From a virus, in the IMG/VR virus record IMGVR_UViG_3300045988_023006, positions 1-41,499 of that record: DNA of 41,499 nt; one strand, given 5' to 3'. Both the position numbers and the translations under genes were made by a program. Shown here piece by piece: positions 13,932 through 20,860 of the stretch (position 1 is the first letter of the stretch; each line of letters starts with the position of its first letter). The notes beneath the pieces are model-generated. The model worked only from the letters and a program-made list of their open reading frames with translations. It ran no database searches and was not told the DNA's origin.

Positions 13932-14540
13932 GTGAAACAACAAATCGCATTGAATGTAGACTGCATGGAGTATATGCGGACGCTTCCGGATAAGGCATTT
14001 GATCTTGCCATTGTAGACCCGCCGTATGGAATTAGCATTCATGATAGTGGACGATTGAAAAAATACAATGCCACTGAAACAAGATGGGACGATGCGACTC
14101 CGGGTGATGTGTATTTTAGCGAATTAAAAAGATGCAGCAAAAACCAAATAATATGGGGGGGGAATTATTACGATCTTCCGCCTTGTAGGGGATTTATTAT
14201 TTGGGACAAAAAGCAGCCGGAAGATATTTCTTTTGCATCTTGCGAATTTGCATGGACTTCTTTCGATACATCTGCGAGAACTTTTTATTACTCGCCGTTG
14301 CAAGAAAAGGGGCAAAGAATACATCCAACGCAAAAGCCCGTGGCATTGTATGAGTGGCTGCTGATTAAGTACGCCAAAGAAGGCTGGCGCATACTGGATA
14401 CACACTTGGGAAGTGGAAGCAGCAGGATAGCGGCCTACAACCTCGGCTTTGAGTTTGTGGGGTGCGAGATCGAACCGACATATTTCCAACTGCAGGAACA
14501 GCGGTTTGCGGAACATACGGCGCAAGAAAGGTTGTGGTGA
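13932..14540 (+). CDS. DNA methyltransferase, N6_N4_Mtase family (beta class)
   Basis: 202 aa with a GTG start. Motif IV VDPPYG, ..IHPTQKPVALYEWLL.., motif I LDTHLGSGSS. Visibly AT-richer than its flanks. Confidence 0.8.
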   Translation: MKQQIALNVDCMEYMRTLPDKAFDLAIVDPPYGISIHDSGRLKKYNATETRWDDATPGDVYFSELKRCSKNQIIWGGNYYDLPPCRGFIIWDKKQPEDISFASCEFAWTSFDTSARTFYYSPLQEKGQRIHPTQKPVALYEWLLIKYAKEGWRILDTHLGSGSSRIAAYNLGFEFVGCEIEPTYFQLQEQRFAEHTAQERLW

Positions 14541-14543
14541 CGC

Positions 14544-14819
14544 ATGGGAACGCAGCATTTGAGCCGGGACGACCGGATTTTTATGGACGGAAAGCGCAGA
14601 GGTACGCAGGAGTGCATGGACATGGTGGCGATGGCACTCATCGACAAGTGCGGCTGGCACGTCCAGGAGGAGACGCCGGACAGCCGCGACACGTTGAGTA
14701 TCGCGTACCTGTACGAGTGTCTGGAAAAGATCACACAGGAGATCAACGAAGGCCGCATCAAGCGGAAGCACATCAAGGACGTGCTGAAGGACGAGTGCGG
14801 CGTGGTGTTTGGAGATTGA
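14544..14819 (+). CDS. Hypothetical protein, paralogue of 19815..20108
   Basis: 91 aa. ..GTQECMDMVAMALIDKCGWHVQEETPDSRDTLSIAYLYECL.. aligns with ..GTKQCMDNVSCVLLDKCGFHVREETADEHDTRSLEYLQQCL.. Confidence 0.6.
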   Translation: MGTQHLSRDDRIFMDGKRRGTQECMDMVAMALIDKCGWHVQEETPDSRDTLSIAYLYECLEKITQEINEGRIKRKHIKDVLKDECGVVFGD

Positions 14820-14820
14820 T

Positions 14821-15501
14821 ATGAAAGTTTTGGAGTTATTTGCCGGGACACGGAGCATTGGCAAAGCGTTTGAAGCGCGTGGGCACGAAGTGTTTTCTGT
14901 CGAGTGGGACAAGCACTTTGAAAACATTGACTTGTATGCCGACATCATGACGGTCACGGCTGATGACATCGTTCAGCGGTTTGGAAGGCCGGATGTGATA
15001 TGGGCAAGCCCGGACTGCACGACATTCAGCATTGCGGCAATCAGCCATCACAGGCGCAAGAACGCCGTTACCGGCAATCTTGATCCTGTCAGCGATTATG
15101 CAAGATTCTGTGATGTGGTCGATCAACATGTTTTACATCTTATCCGTGAGCTGAAACCGAAGTTTTACTTCATCGAAAATCCCAGTGGCGGTATGAGGAA
15201 GATGACGTGGATGCAGGGGCTTCCCCGTTATACGGTTACATACTGCCAGTATGGTGACACAAGAATGAAGCCAACTGACATCTGGACAAACCATCCTAAT
15301 CCGCAGTTTAAGCCGATTTGCAAAAACGGTGATCCGTGCCACGAAAGAAGCCCAAGAGGGGCAACCATCAGGAAGGCAAAGCAAATGGGTATCATCCTTC
15401 CCCGTGGTGGAACAAGTGCGCTGAAGAACAGTATGGAAAGGTCAAAGATTCCTCCCGCCCTGTGCGAACACATCGTGGACATTTGCGAGGGGGGGGAGTG
15501 A
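14821..15501 (+). CDS. Compact C5-cytosine DNA methyltransferase-like protein
   Basis: 226 aa from ATG 14821. Motif I LELFAGTRS, a catalytic-Cys motif ASPDCTTFS (non-canonical, DC instead of PC), and an ENV-like FIENPSGG. Confidence 0.6.
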   Translation: MKVLELFAGTRSIGKAFEARGHEVFSVEWDKHFENIDLYADIMTVTADDIVQRFGRPDVIWASPDCTTFSIAAISHHRRKNAVTGNLDPVSDYARFCDVVDQHVLHLIRELKPKFYFIENPSGGMRKMTWMQGLPRYTVTYCQYGDTRMKPTDIWTNHPNPQFKPICKNGDPCHERSPRGATIRKAKQMGIILPRGGTSALKNSMERSKIPPALCEHIVDICEGGE

Positions 15502-15502
15502 A

Positions 15503-15913
15503 ATGTCACAGTCTGTTAAAGCACCATTTAAGCTTTCGTATACGCAGCCATCATTAGATTGGTTTGAGACTATCAACGTAGAGATCAAGCCAGACGACTA
15601 CTGTTACTTTAAGCTCCAGCGGAGATATGGCACTGACTGGTGGCTTATCGGACAAAATCCGCCCCCAGAAAATTCTACACAGCGCGAATGGTCGGAAACA
15701 GAGCTCGGGAGAATTTCCTGCCGTGACATTGCAAAGTTTGTTGAGTGGGCGAGAATTGACGGCGGTGGAAGCAAAAATGTTGAAATCTCGGCAATTAGTG
15801 GAGCTTTCGACCTTCTTCGCGAAATTAAAGCGCTTTTGCTTAACCCCGGCATCGCCAAAGCTATGGCGGAGCAATGGGGAGGAGACATTAGGGAATGTGA
15901 GGGGAGACAATGA
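15503..15913 (+). CDS. Hypothetical protein
   Basis: 136 aa, wedged between two methyltransferase genes with overlapping stops and starts. Confidence 0.55.
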   Translation: MSQSVKAPFKLSYTQPSLDWFETINVEIKPDDYCYFKLQRRYGTDWWLIGQNPPPENSTQREWSETELGRISCRDIAKFVEWARIDGGGSKNVEISAISGAFDLLREIKALLLNPGIAKAMAEQWGGDIRECEGRQ

Positions 15914-16356
15914 ACAACGATTTAATGTTTTCGTCAAAATCTGAAATGTGGGAGACCCCGCAAGCCTTCTTTGACGACCTCAACAACCTCTTCCAATTTA
16001 CGCTGGATGCCTGCGCAACGCCAGAAAACGCGAAATGCGAACGCTATTTCACTCCAGAGATGGACGGGCTGAAACAGAACTGGGACGGCGTTGTGTGGTG
16101 CAATCCCCCATACGGACGCGGCGTTGGGGCGTGGGTAGAGAAAGCACATCGAACCGCCGAGGAATCAGACGCAACGGTTGTTATGCTGCTTCCGGCGAGG
16201 ACGGATACCGCTTGGTTCCACGATTACTGCTACAACGACAAATATGCAACCATCAATTTCGTGCGTGGGAGATTAAAGTTCGGTGGAGAAAAGAACAGTG
16301 CCCCATTCCCAAGCATGGTTGTGATTTTTCGCCGCCCCGCGAAAGCGCTACATTAG
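15910..16356 (+). CDS. Phage N6-adenine DNA methyltransferase (T1/Dam-phage type)
   Basis: 148 aa. ..WETPQAFFDDLNNLFQFTLDACA..NAKC.., NPPYG and ..LLPARTDTAWFH..GRLKF.. are hallmark motifs of the small phage Dam family. Confidence 0.8.
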   Translation: MNNDLMFSSKSEMWETPQAFFDDLNNLFQFTLDACATPENAKCERYFTPEMDGLKQNWDGVVWCNPPYGRGVGAWVEKAHRTAEESDATVVMLLPARTDTAWFHDYCYNDKYATINFVRGRLKFGGEKNSAPFPSMVVIFRRPAKALH

Positions 16357-16362
16357 GGAGGA

Positions 16363-16554
16363 ATGACCATGTACATCGGAGACCCATTTAGCTGGAAGCC
16401 TGCCGCATTTAAGGGCAGTAACGGCATTATGAGCGTGACCACGAAAGAGACGACTGCGCACGGGCGCGTCGTCTATATCAACGAGGCGCACCGCTACTTT
16501 ACGGCGGAGGCGGATATCAACGGAAATAAGCTCAGAGAGAGCTTTAAATTTTAA
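16363..16554 (+). CDS. Hypothetical protein
   Basis: 63 aa with RBS GGGAGGAATG upstream. Confidence 0.5.
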   Translation: MTMYIGDPFSWKPAAFKGSNGIMSVTTKETTAHGRVVYINEAHRYFTAEADINGNKLRESFKF

Positions 16555-16577
16555 CAAAAATCAGGAGGAATTTCATC

Positions 16578-16868
16578 ATGAACAACAATCAGGACTACAT
16601 CGTTCGCTGCGACCGCGCAGGCGTGTTTTTCGGCAAGATCAAGGAGCGCAACGGCTCCGAGGTCACCATGACCGAGGTTCGCAAGCTGTGGAACTGGGAC
16701 GGCGCGTGTGCCGTGGAGCAGTTGGCGCAGGACGGTACGAAAGCCCCGGGCAACTGCCGTTTTACCGTGACGATCCCCGAAATGACCGTGCTGGGAGCGA
16801 TCCAGATCATCCCGTGCACAGATGCGGCATCTGCGTCGCTCCGCGGCGTAAAGGAGTGGAAGAGATGA
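16578..16868 (+). CDS. Hypothetical protein
   Basis: 96 aa with RBS AGGAGG. ..VRKLWNWDGACAVEQLAQDG.. Confidence 0.55.
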   Translation: MNNNQDYIVRCDRAGVFFGKIKERNGSEVTMTEVRKLWNWDGACAVEQLAQDGTKAPGNCRFTVTIPEMTVLGAIQIIPCTDAASASLRGVKEWKR

Positions 16869-17626
16869 CACTTCATGAGAAGATCAAAGCCTTCTTGTCT
16901 GTGAACTACGGCTCCGGCGACGGCTACGGCTCCGGCTACGGCGACGGCTCCGGCTCCGGCTACGGCGACGGCGACGGCTACGGCTACGGCGACGGCTCCG
17001 GCTCCGGCTCCGGCTACGGCTCCGGCTACGGCGACGGCTCCGGCTCCGGCTCCGGCTACGGCGACGGCTCCGGCTCCGGCTACGGCTCCGGCTACGGCGA
17101 CGGCTACGGCTCCGGCTACGGCGACGGCTCCGGCTCCGGCTACGGCTCCGGCGACGGAATTAAGAGTTTCAACCGGGAAACGGTCTATCAAATCGACGGT
17201 GTCAATACGCTGATTCGTTCCGTGCGCGGCAACACTGCGCACGGGGCAATCGTGAACGTCGATTTGACGCTCACGCCGTGCTACATCGTCAAGCAGGGCA
17301 ATCTTTTTGCACACGGCGAAACGCTGCGCGAGGCAATGGAGGCGCTGCGAGAAAAGCTATTTGAGGATATGCCGGAAGATGAGCGCATTGATGCGTTCCT
17401 GCGAGAGACAGACCGCGAGAAAACGTATCCGACGCAGTATTTTTACGGCTGGCATCACCGTTTGACCGGCTCATGCGACATGGGGCGAAAGCAGTTTGCC
17501 CGAGACCACGGTGTAGACCTCGAGCACGGCATGATGACGCTGACGGAGTTTTTGGAGTTGACGAAAAATGCTTATGGTGGCGACGTGATCCGAAAAACGA
17601 TTAGTAAGATGCAGGAGGTGGAGTGA
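16865..17626 (+). CDS. Protein with an N-terminal (G/S)-Y-G-D low-complexity repeat and a globular C-terminal domain
   Basis: 253 aa from ATG 16865 (ATGA overlap with the upstream stop). About 83 residues are built only of G, S, Y and D. The C-domain is ordinary (..YFYGWHHRLTGSCDMGRKQFARDHGVDL..). Confidence 0.7.
   Translation: MTLHEKIKAFLSVNYGSGDGYGSGYGDGSGSGYGDGDGYGYGDGSGSGSGYGSGYGDGSGSGSGYGDGSGSGYGSGYGDGYGSGYGDGSGSGYGSGDGIKSFNRETVYQIDGVNTLIRSVRGNTAHGAIVNVDLTLTPCYIVKQGNLFAHGETLREAMEALREKLFEDMPEDERIDAFLRETDREKTYPTQYFYGWHHRLTGSCDMGRKQFARDHGVDLEHGMMTLTEFLELTKNAYGGDVIRKTISKMQEVE
16907..17157 (+). repeat. Coding micro/minisatellite (GGCTCCGGCTACGGCGAC-type 6/12/18-nt units)
   Basis: About 250 nt composed of GGC-TAC/TCC/GAC codon permutations. 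Its shadow ORF on the opposite strand reads (AGAVAV)n. Confidence 0.9.
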
Positions 17627-18141
17627 TGGTTTCGGACGAAACATTGAAAAAGCTGCAAGAGCAAATTGCGGCATGGCCAATGACGCAGCGGTTCGTGGTG
17701 CAGCAGCTCATTGAGGACTACCGGAGGAATCGAGAGGACCTGCGCGCCTACAAGGCGACGGGGTTGAAACCGGAGGAAGTTCTGCCGAAAGATAAGGCAG
17801 ACGAGATCGCACTGAAGCTGATGCGTCTTGCTGATTTAGAAAGCCTTTGCAACTATACCCGCTTGCGCGAGCTGGCCGAGGCCGACAAGGACGGTCGGCT
17901 GGTGGTGCTGCCGTGCAAGGCGGGAGATACGGTGTATGAGGTTACAAGTCGAAAAACCATAAGCGAATACCGAGTAAAGGCAATTCGCGTGGAATTGTTT
18001 TGTACATTCATTGAATGGGATATCGTAGCCGGGTTTGTTGATAAATCCATTTTCGGCGTACCGGTCGATGAAATCGGCAAGACCGTATTCCTCACCCGCG
18101 AGGAGGCGGAGAACGCATTGGGGGCGATGAAGGATGACTGA
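17626..18141 (+). CDS. Hypothetical protein
   Basis: 171 aa from ATG 17626 (TGATG overlap with the upstream stop). Confidence 0.55.
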   Translation: MVSDETLKKLQEQIAAWPMTQRFVVQQLIEDYRRNREDLRAYKATGLKPEEVLPKDKADEIALKLMRLADLESLCNYTRLRELAEADKDGRLVVLPCKAGDTVYEVTSRKTISEYRVKAIRVELFCTFIEWDIVAGFVDKSIFGVPVDEIGKTVFLTREEAENALGAMKDD

Positions 18142-18328
18142 ATTAAGGCATTGCCCATTTTGTGGCGGTGAAGCGGTTATAAACGTCAACCCGGACGCAG
18201 TGGAGGACACGCAAGGTAGACGTTGGGCGTATAATGCCGTGTGCATTAGGTGTTGCGCAACGTCAGGTCTTACATATACGCCCAAAAAGGCTAAAGAAGT
18301 ATGGAACAGGAGGGCTGACAATGGGTGA
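18134..18328 (+). CDS. Lar-family restriction-alleviation-like zinc-ribbon protein
   Basis: 64 aa. CPFCGGEA..VCIRCCA..EVWNRR pattern, as in Lar-like proteins. Confidence 0.5.
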   Translation: MTELRHCPFCGGEAVINVNPDAVEDTQGRRWAYNAVCIRCCATSGLTYTPKKAKEVWNRRADNG

Positions 18329-18575
18329 ATACATTGAGCGCCGCACGGCAATTGAGCATTTGAACGTTTGGTGCGGCGGGTGTGGAAGCGCGGTGGAATG
18401 CATCCTCGCAGAGCCCGCCGATGATGTGGCCCCGGTGGTGCGGTGCAGGGATTGCAAGCACAGCTACGAGGATTTGGGTGGTCTGTACTGCTCCTACGGC
18501 CCGTGCGTGGATTGCGTGGTGCCAGAGGACTTTTTCTGCCAATACGGAGAACGGAGGGCAAGCGATGGCGAATAA
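18321..18575 (+). CDS. Cys-rich hypothetical protein (VVRC-x2-C-x-H ... FC-x2-GER family)
   Basis: 84 aa from ATG 18321. Shares motifs with the 19215..19571 product. Confidence 0.55.
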   Translation: MGEYIERRTAIEHLNVWCGGCGSAVECILAEPADDVAPVVRCRDCKHSYEDLGGLYCSYGPCVDCVVPEDFFCQYGERRASDGE

Positions 18576-18726
18576 AAATGATATGCTGGAAGCCTTAGAG
18601 GAGATCGAGAACGGTATGATCCGCATTAAGGAGAAGCGGAGCATTTGGCAGAATAGCCTTGTATATGCGCTCTGCCAAGCTGTGCGGCTGCTGCTGATAG
18701 ACAAAATCAAGGAAGGGCGGAAATGA
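18565..18726 (+). CDS. Hypothetical 53-aa protein
   Basis: ATG 18565 lies inside the longer track ORF 18382..18726. RBS GGAGGG. Confidence 0.45.
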   Translation: MANKNDMLEALEEIENGMIRIKEKRSIWQNSLVYALCQAVRLLLIDKIKEGRK

Positions 18727-18729
18727 GGA

Positions 18730-19008
18730 TTGAGTATCTATGTAAACTTTGACCACATGATTGACTATCTCAGGAAAGTTCGTCAGAGCAGAAACATTAA
18801 CAACTCACCATACATGGATAATGCTTTGCTCAATATGCAGCAACTTTTAGAATTTGACATATACAATCCAATATTGTTCGATTATGTCGAAATTGGGGGT
18901 TGCGACGGTTGCGCGTGGAATGGCGTTCGGCATCAGCGGTGTTCGTGCTGCCGCAGAAACAGATCGTTGAAAGACGGATATACCAAAGGGAGGGCGGGCA
19001 ATGGCTGA
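18730..19008 (+). CDS. Hypothetical protein (AT-rich gene)
   Basis: 92 aa with a TTG start per the track. The 5' two-thirds are visibly AT-rich. Cys-rich C-terminus. Confidence 0.45.
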   Translation: MSIYVNFDHMIDYLRKVRQSRNINNSPYMDNALLNMQQLLEFDIYNPILFDYVEIGGCDGCAWNGVRHQRCSCCRRNRSLKDGYTKGRAGNG

Positions 19009-19210
19009 TTTTATCGAGGTGCATCAACTGAGCAAGCCACGGTTGGTCAACCTGGACTGGGTGGAAGATATTTGGCCAACGGAGAATGGGACGCAGATTT
19101 ATTTTGCGTTTACCAGCCCTGATGCTACGTCACAGGATTTTATAACAACAGATGAAAGCTACGACAAGATCAAACGCATTATAGCCTATCAGCGGGTCGA
19201 AAGGGGGTAA
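19001..19210 (+). CDS. Hypothetical protein
   Basis: 69 aa. Its ATG overlaps the upstream gene end. Confidence 0.5.
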   Translation: MADFIEVHQLSKPRLVNLDWVEDIWPTENGTQIYFAFTSPDATSQDFITTDESYDKIKRIIAYQRVERG

Positions 19211-19214
19211 AAAG

Positions 19215-19571
19215 ATGGCACAAAGGTTGATTGATGCTGATCAAATGGCCGTGGACGAATCCGAGGCCTATATGTCTGCACAGGTGCAGATTACAGACGA
19301 TTTGAAATGGCTTGTAAACTTTGCCGCACACAGCAAAATCCAGAGGCTCATAGCCGATACACCCACCGTAGACGCAGAGGTCGTGGTGCGCTGCAAGGAG
19401 TGCGAACACGCCGAACGGTATGAGCGGACAGATGGAACCGCAGGCTATTACTGCGGACACCCGCAAAACACTTTCGTCTATGGTGATCGCTGGGATCGTG
19501 TATTCAAACCGGCAAAAGAGGCGGATGATTTTTGCAGCAGCGGAGAACGGAAGGAAGGTGTGGAATGTTAA
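19215..19571 (+). CDS. Cys-rich hypothetical protein (same family as 18321..18575)
   Basis: 118 aa. ..VVRCKECEHAE..YYC..DDFCSSGERKE.. Confidence 0.55.
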   Translation: MAQRLIDADQMAVDESEAYMSAQVQITDDLKWLVNFAAHSKIQRLIADTPTVDAEVVVRCKECEHAERYERTDGTAGYYCGHPQNTFVYGDRWDRVFKPAKEADDFCSSGERKEGVEC

Positions 19572-19852
19572 TTTGCACTTGCCCTAACGAGCTGGAATGT
19601 CCCGTATTATTATCAGATGTGGTGTGTGTTCCGTGGTGCGAATATCTATGCGAAGGATCTCCCATCAAGGAAAGGACGGTGACGGCGATGATTGATGAAT
19701 GCAAGTGGATGCAAGACGAGGTTTGCGTCAACGCAGATTGCCCGGCGTGTGCGGACTTCTGCCCAGTGGCAAATACACCGGGCGTATGCAAATACGAGGA
19801 AAGGGGTGATAGCGATGCTCAAAAGGGCAAACGGCAGACCGGTGCCAAATAA
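19565..19852 (+). CDS. Cys-rich hypothetical protein
   Basis: 95 aa from ATG 19565 (RBS GGAAGGTG). By hand count 14 Cys, including ..CPACADFCP..GVCKYEERG. Confidence 0.5.
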   Translation: MLICTCPNELECPVLLSDVVCVPWCEYLCEGSPIKERTVTAMIDECKWMQDEVCVNADCPACADFCPVANTPGVCKYEERGDSDAQKGKRQTGAK

Positions 19853-20108
19853 TCCGGCCAAGGCCTACGAGCTGGGCCGCCTGGATGGCACCAAACAATG
19901 CATGGACAATGTTTCCTGCGTGCTGCTGGACAAGTGCGGATTCCATGTGCGGGAGGAGACGGCGGACGAGCACGACACCCGCAGCCTGGAATACTTACAG
20001 CAGTGCCTTGTGGAGCTGGTGGAGGCCAAAAACAACGGATACATCAAGATGACCGACATTGAAAAGGCTCTGCGGGGCGAATATAAGATGGTAAACAGCG
20101 CGGAGTAA
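19815..20108 (+). CDS. Hypothetical protein, paralogue of 14544..14819
   Basis: 97 aa from ATG 19815 (RBS GAGGAAAGGGGTG). See the alignment noted for the 14544 gene. Confidence 0.55.
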   Translation: MLKRANGRPVPNNPAKAYELGRLDGTKQCMDNVSCVLLDKCGFHVREETADEHDTRSLEYLQQCLVELVEAKNNGYIKMTDIEKALRGEYKMVNSAE

Positions 20109-20118
20109 AGGAGGGGAA

Positions 20119-20583
20119 ATGAGCAAAAAGGCGACACTGCCTTATGATGTGCGGTTGGAGTGCATTGCTTATGTGCGTGGATATCCGCGCCGGGTGCGGG
20201 CGTATCGAGAGGCCCGGGCGGAGATACTGGGCGGGACGCATAGCGACGCAGAGGGCATGCCAAGAGGACAAGGCATCGGCAGACCCGCCGAGAGCAAGGC
20301 GGAGCAGCTGGCCGCCATAGAGAACTGGCCGGAAACCAAGAAAATGCGGGCGGTGGAATATGCCATAGACCGCTGCGGGCTGGATTTGGAGAGCGAGAGC
20401 GTCCGCAAGCAGCTTACACAGGGGATCATGCGCAACTGTCAGGGCAAGCACAAGTATTCCCGCAACAAGATCATTGTACCGGGGATCAGCGAGAGAACAT
20501 TCAGCAGGAGGAAAGAACAGTTTTTGCACGACATCGCCATATATTGCGGATTTGCTGAAAAAGTTGGCACAAATTCCACTTAA
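20119..20583 (+). CDS. ArpU/RinA-like late-gene transcriptional activator
   Basis: 154 aa. Last gene before the packaging module. C-terminal HTH-like ..ISERTFSRRKEQFLHDIAIYCG... Motif- and position-based call. Confidence 0.5.
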   Translation: MSKKATLPYDVRLECIAYVRGYPRRVRAYREARAEILGGTHSDAEGMPRGQGIGRPAESKAEQLAAIENWPETKKMRAVEYAIDRCGLDLESESVRKQLTQGIMRNCQGKHKYSRNKIIVPGISERTFSRRKEQFLHDIAIYCGFAEKVGTNST

Positions 20584-20588
20584 TGATG

Positions 20589-20597
20589 TGCTACAAT
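20589..20597 (+). promoter_or_regulatory. Extended -10 element TGCTACAAT (candidate late promoter)
   Basis: TGnTAnAAT-type sequence 6 nt after the activator stop. No good -35, as expected for an activator-dependent or extended -10 promoter. Confidence 0.4.
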
Positions 20598-20860
20598 AGG
20601 TACAGTGGATGATAGGACATGGTCATTCACGCGATTTCCCAATCATCACTTTTCCTCCCTTCTGTGCGCCGCCGGTATCGGGCGCACCTTACGGCACCGA
20701 AAGGTCATACCGGCACAAACAGCCTGTAGGGAAACCTATGGGCTGTTGTTATATGCCGTGCGCTCGTTGCACCCCGCGATCCGGGGCGGGAGGTCGCACC
20801 TCCCACACGGCACCAACAGGACCCCTCGCACCTCTCAACGATGTGACCCAGAGGGGACAT
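20598..20860 (+). ncRNA. Highly structured non-coding leader / candidate cis-regulatory RNA with a tRNA-like acceptor/T-arm minihelix
   Basis: Contains several strong helices, including a 13-bp GAAA-capped hairpin (20718-47). The element at 20755-20815 ends in an unpaired A plus CCA. ACGGCACC motifs recur. An anti-SD CCCCTC (20822-27) faces GAGGGG (20851-56). The overlapping ORF translation is P/C/R-rich junk. Confidence 0.5.

Noticed and set aside
16907-17157. CRISPR array or non-coding satellite. The 2440..2496 repeat was considered in the same way.
   Set aside because: The units are 6-18 nt and contiguous, with no unique spacers, and they lie in-frame inside a coding sequence. The 2440 array has 10-11-nt units without spacers. 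Neither fits CRISPR architecture, and no cas genes are present.
20691-20704. CACCGAAAGG, reminiscent of the glycine-riboswitch core; also considered c-di-GMP, ZTP and other known riboswitch classes.
   Set aside because: The companion conserved elements of those classes (for example the GGAGAG...CACCGAAGGGGCAA pairs, or the GEMM GGCAAACC/GACGCAAAGCC blocks) are absent. This resemblance is too short to mean anything.
20755-20815. A genuine tRNA gene.
   Set aside because: The element is only ~61 nt and has no D arm. The putative anticodon stem-loop has a 5-nt loop, or a 7-nt loop lacking U33 and purine 37. The T loop (GTCGCAC) deviates from TTCRANY. It is reported only as a tRNA-like minihelix.
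20609-20860. N-terminal 84 codons of track ORF 20609..21718, as a possible extension of the methyltransferase.
   Set aside because: The translation (MIGHGHSRDFPIITFPPFCAPPVSG...TSHTAPTGPLAPL) is low-complexity and P/C/R-rich with no methyltransferase motifs. The DNA is packed with RNA-type helices. It is treated as a non-coding leader, although only homologue comparison can settle this.
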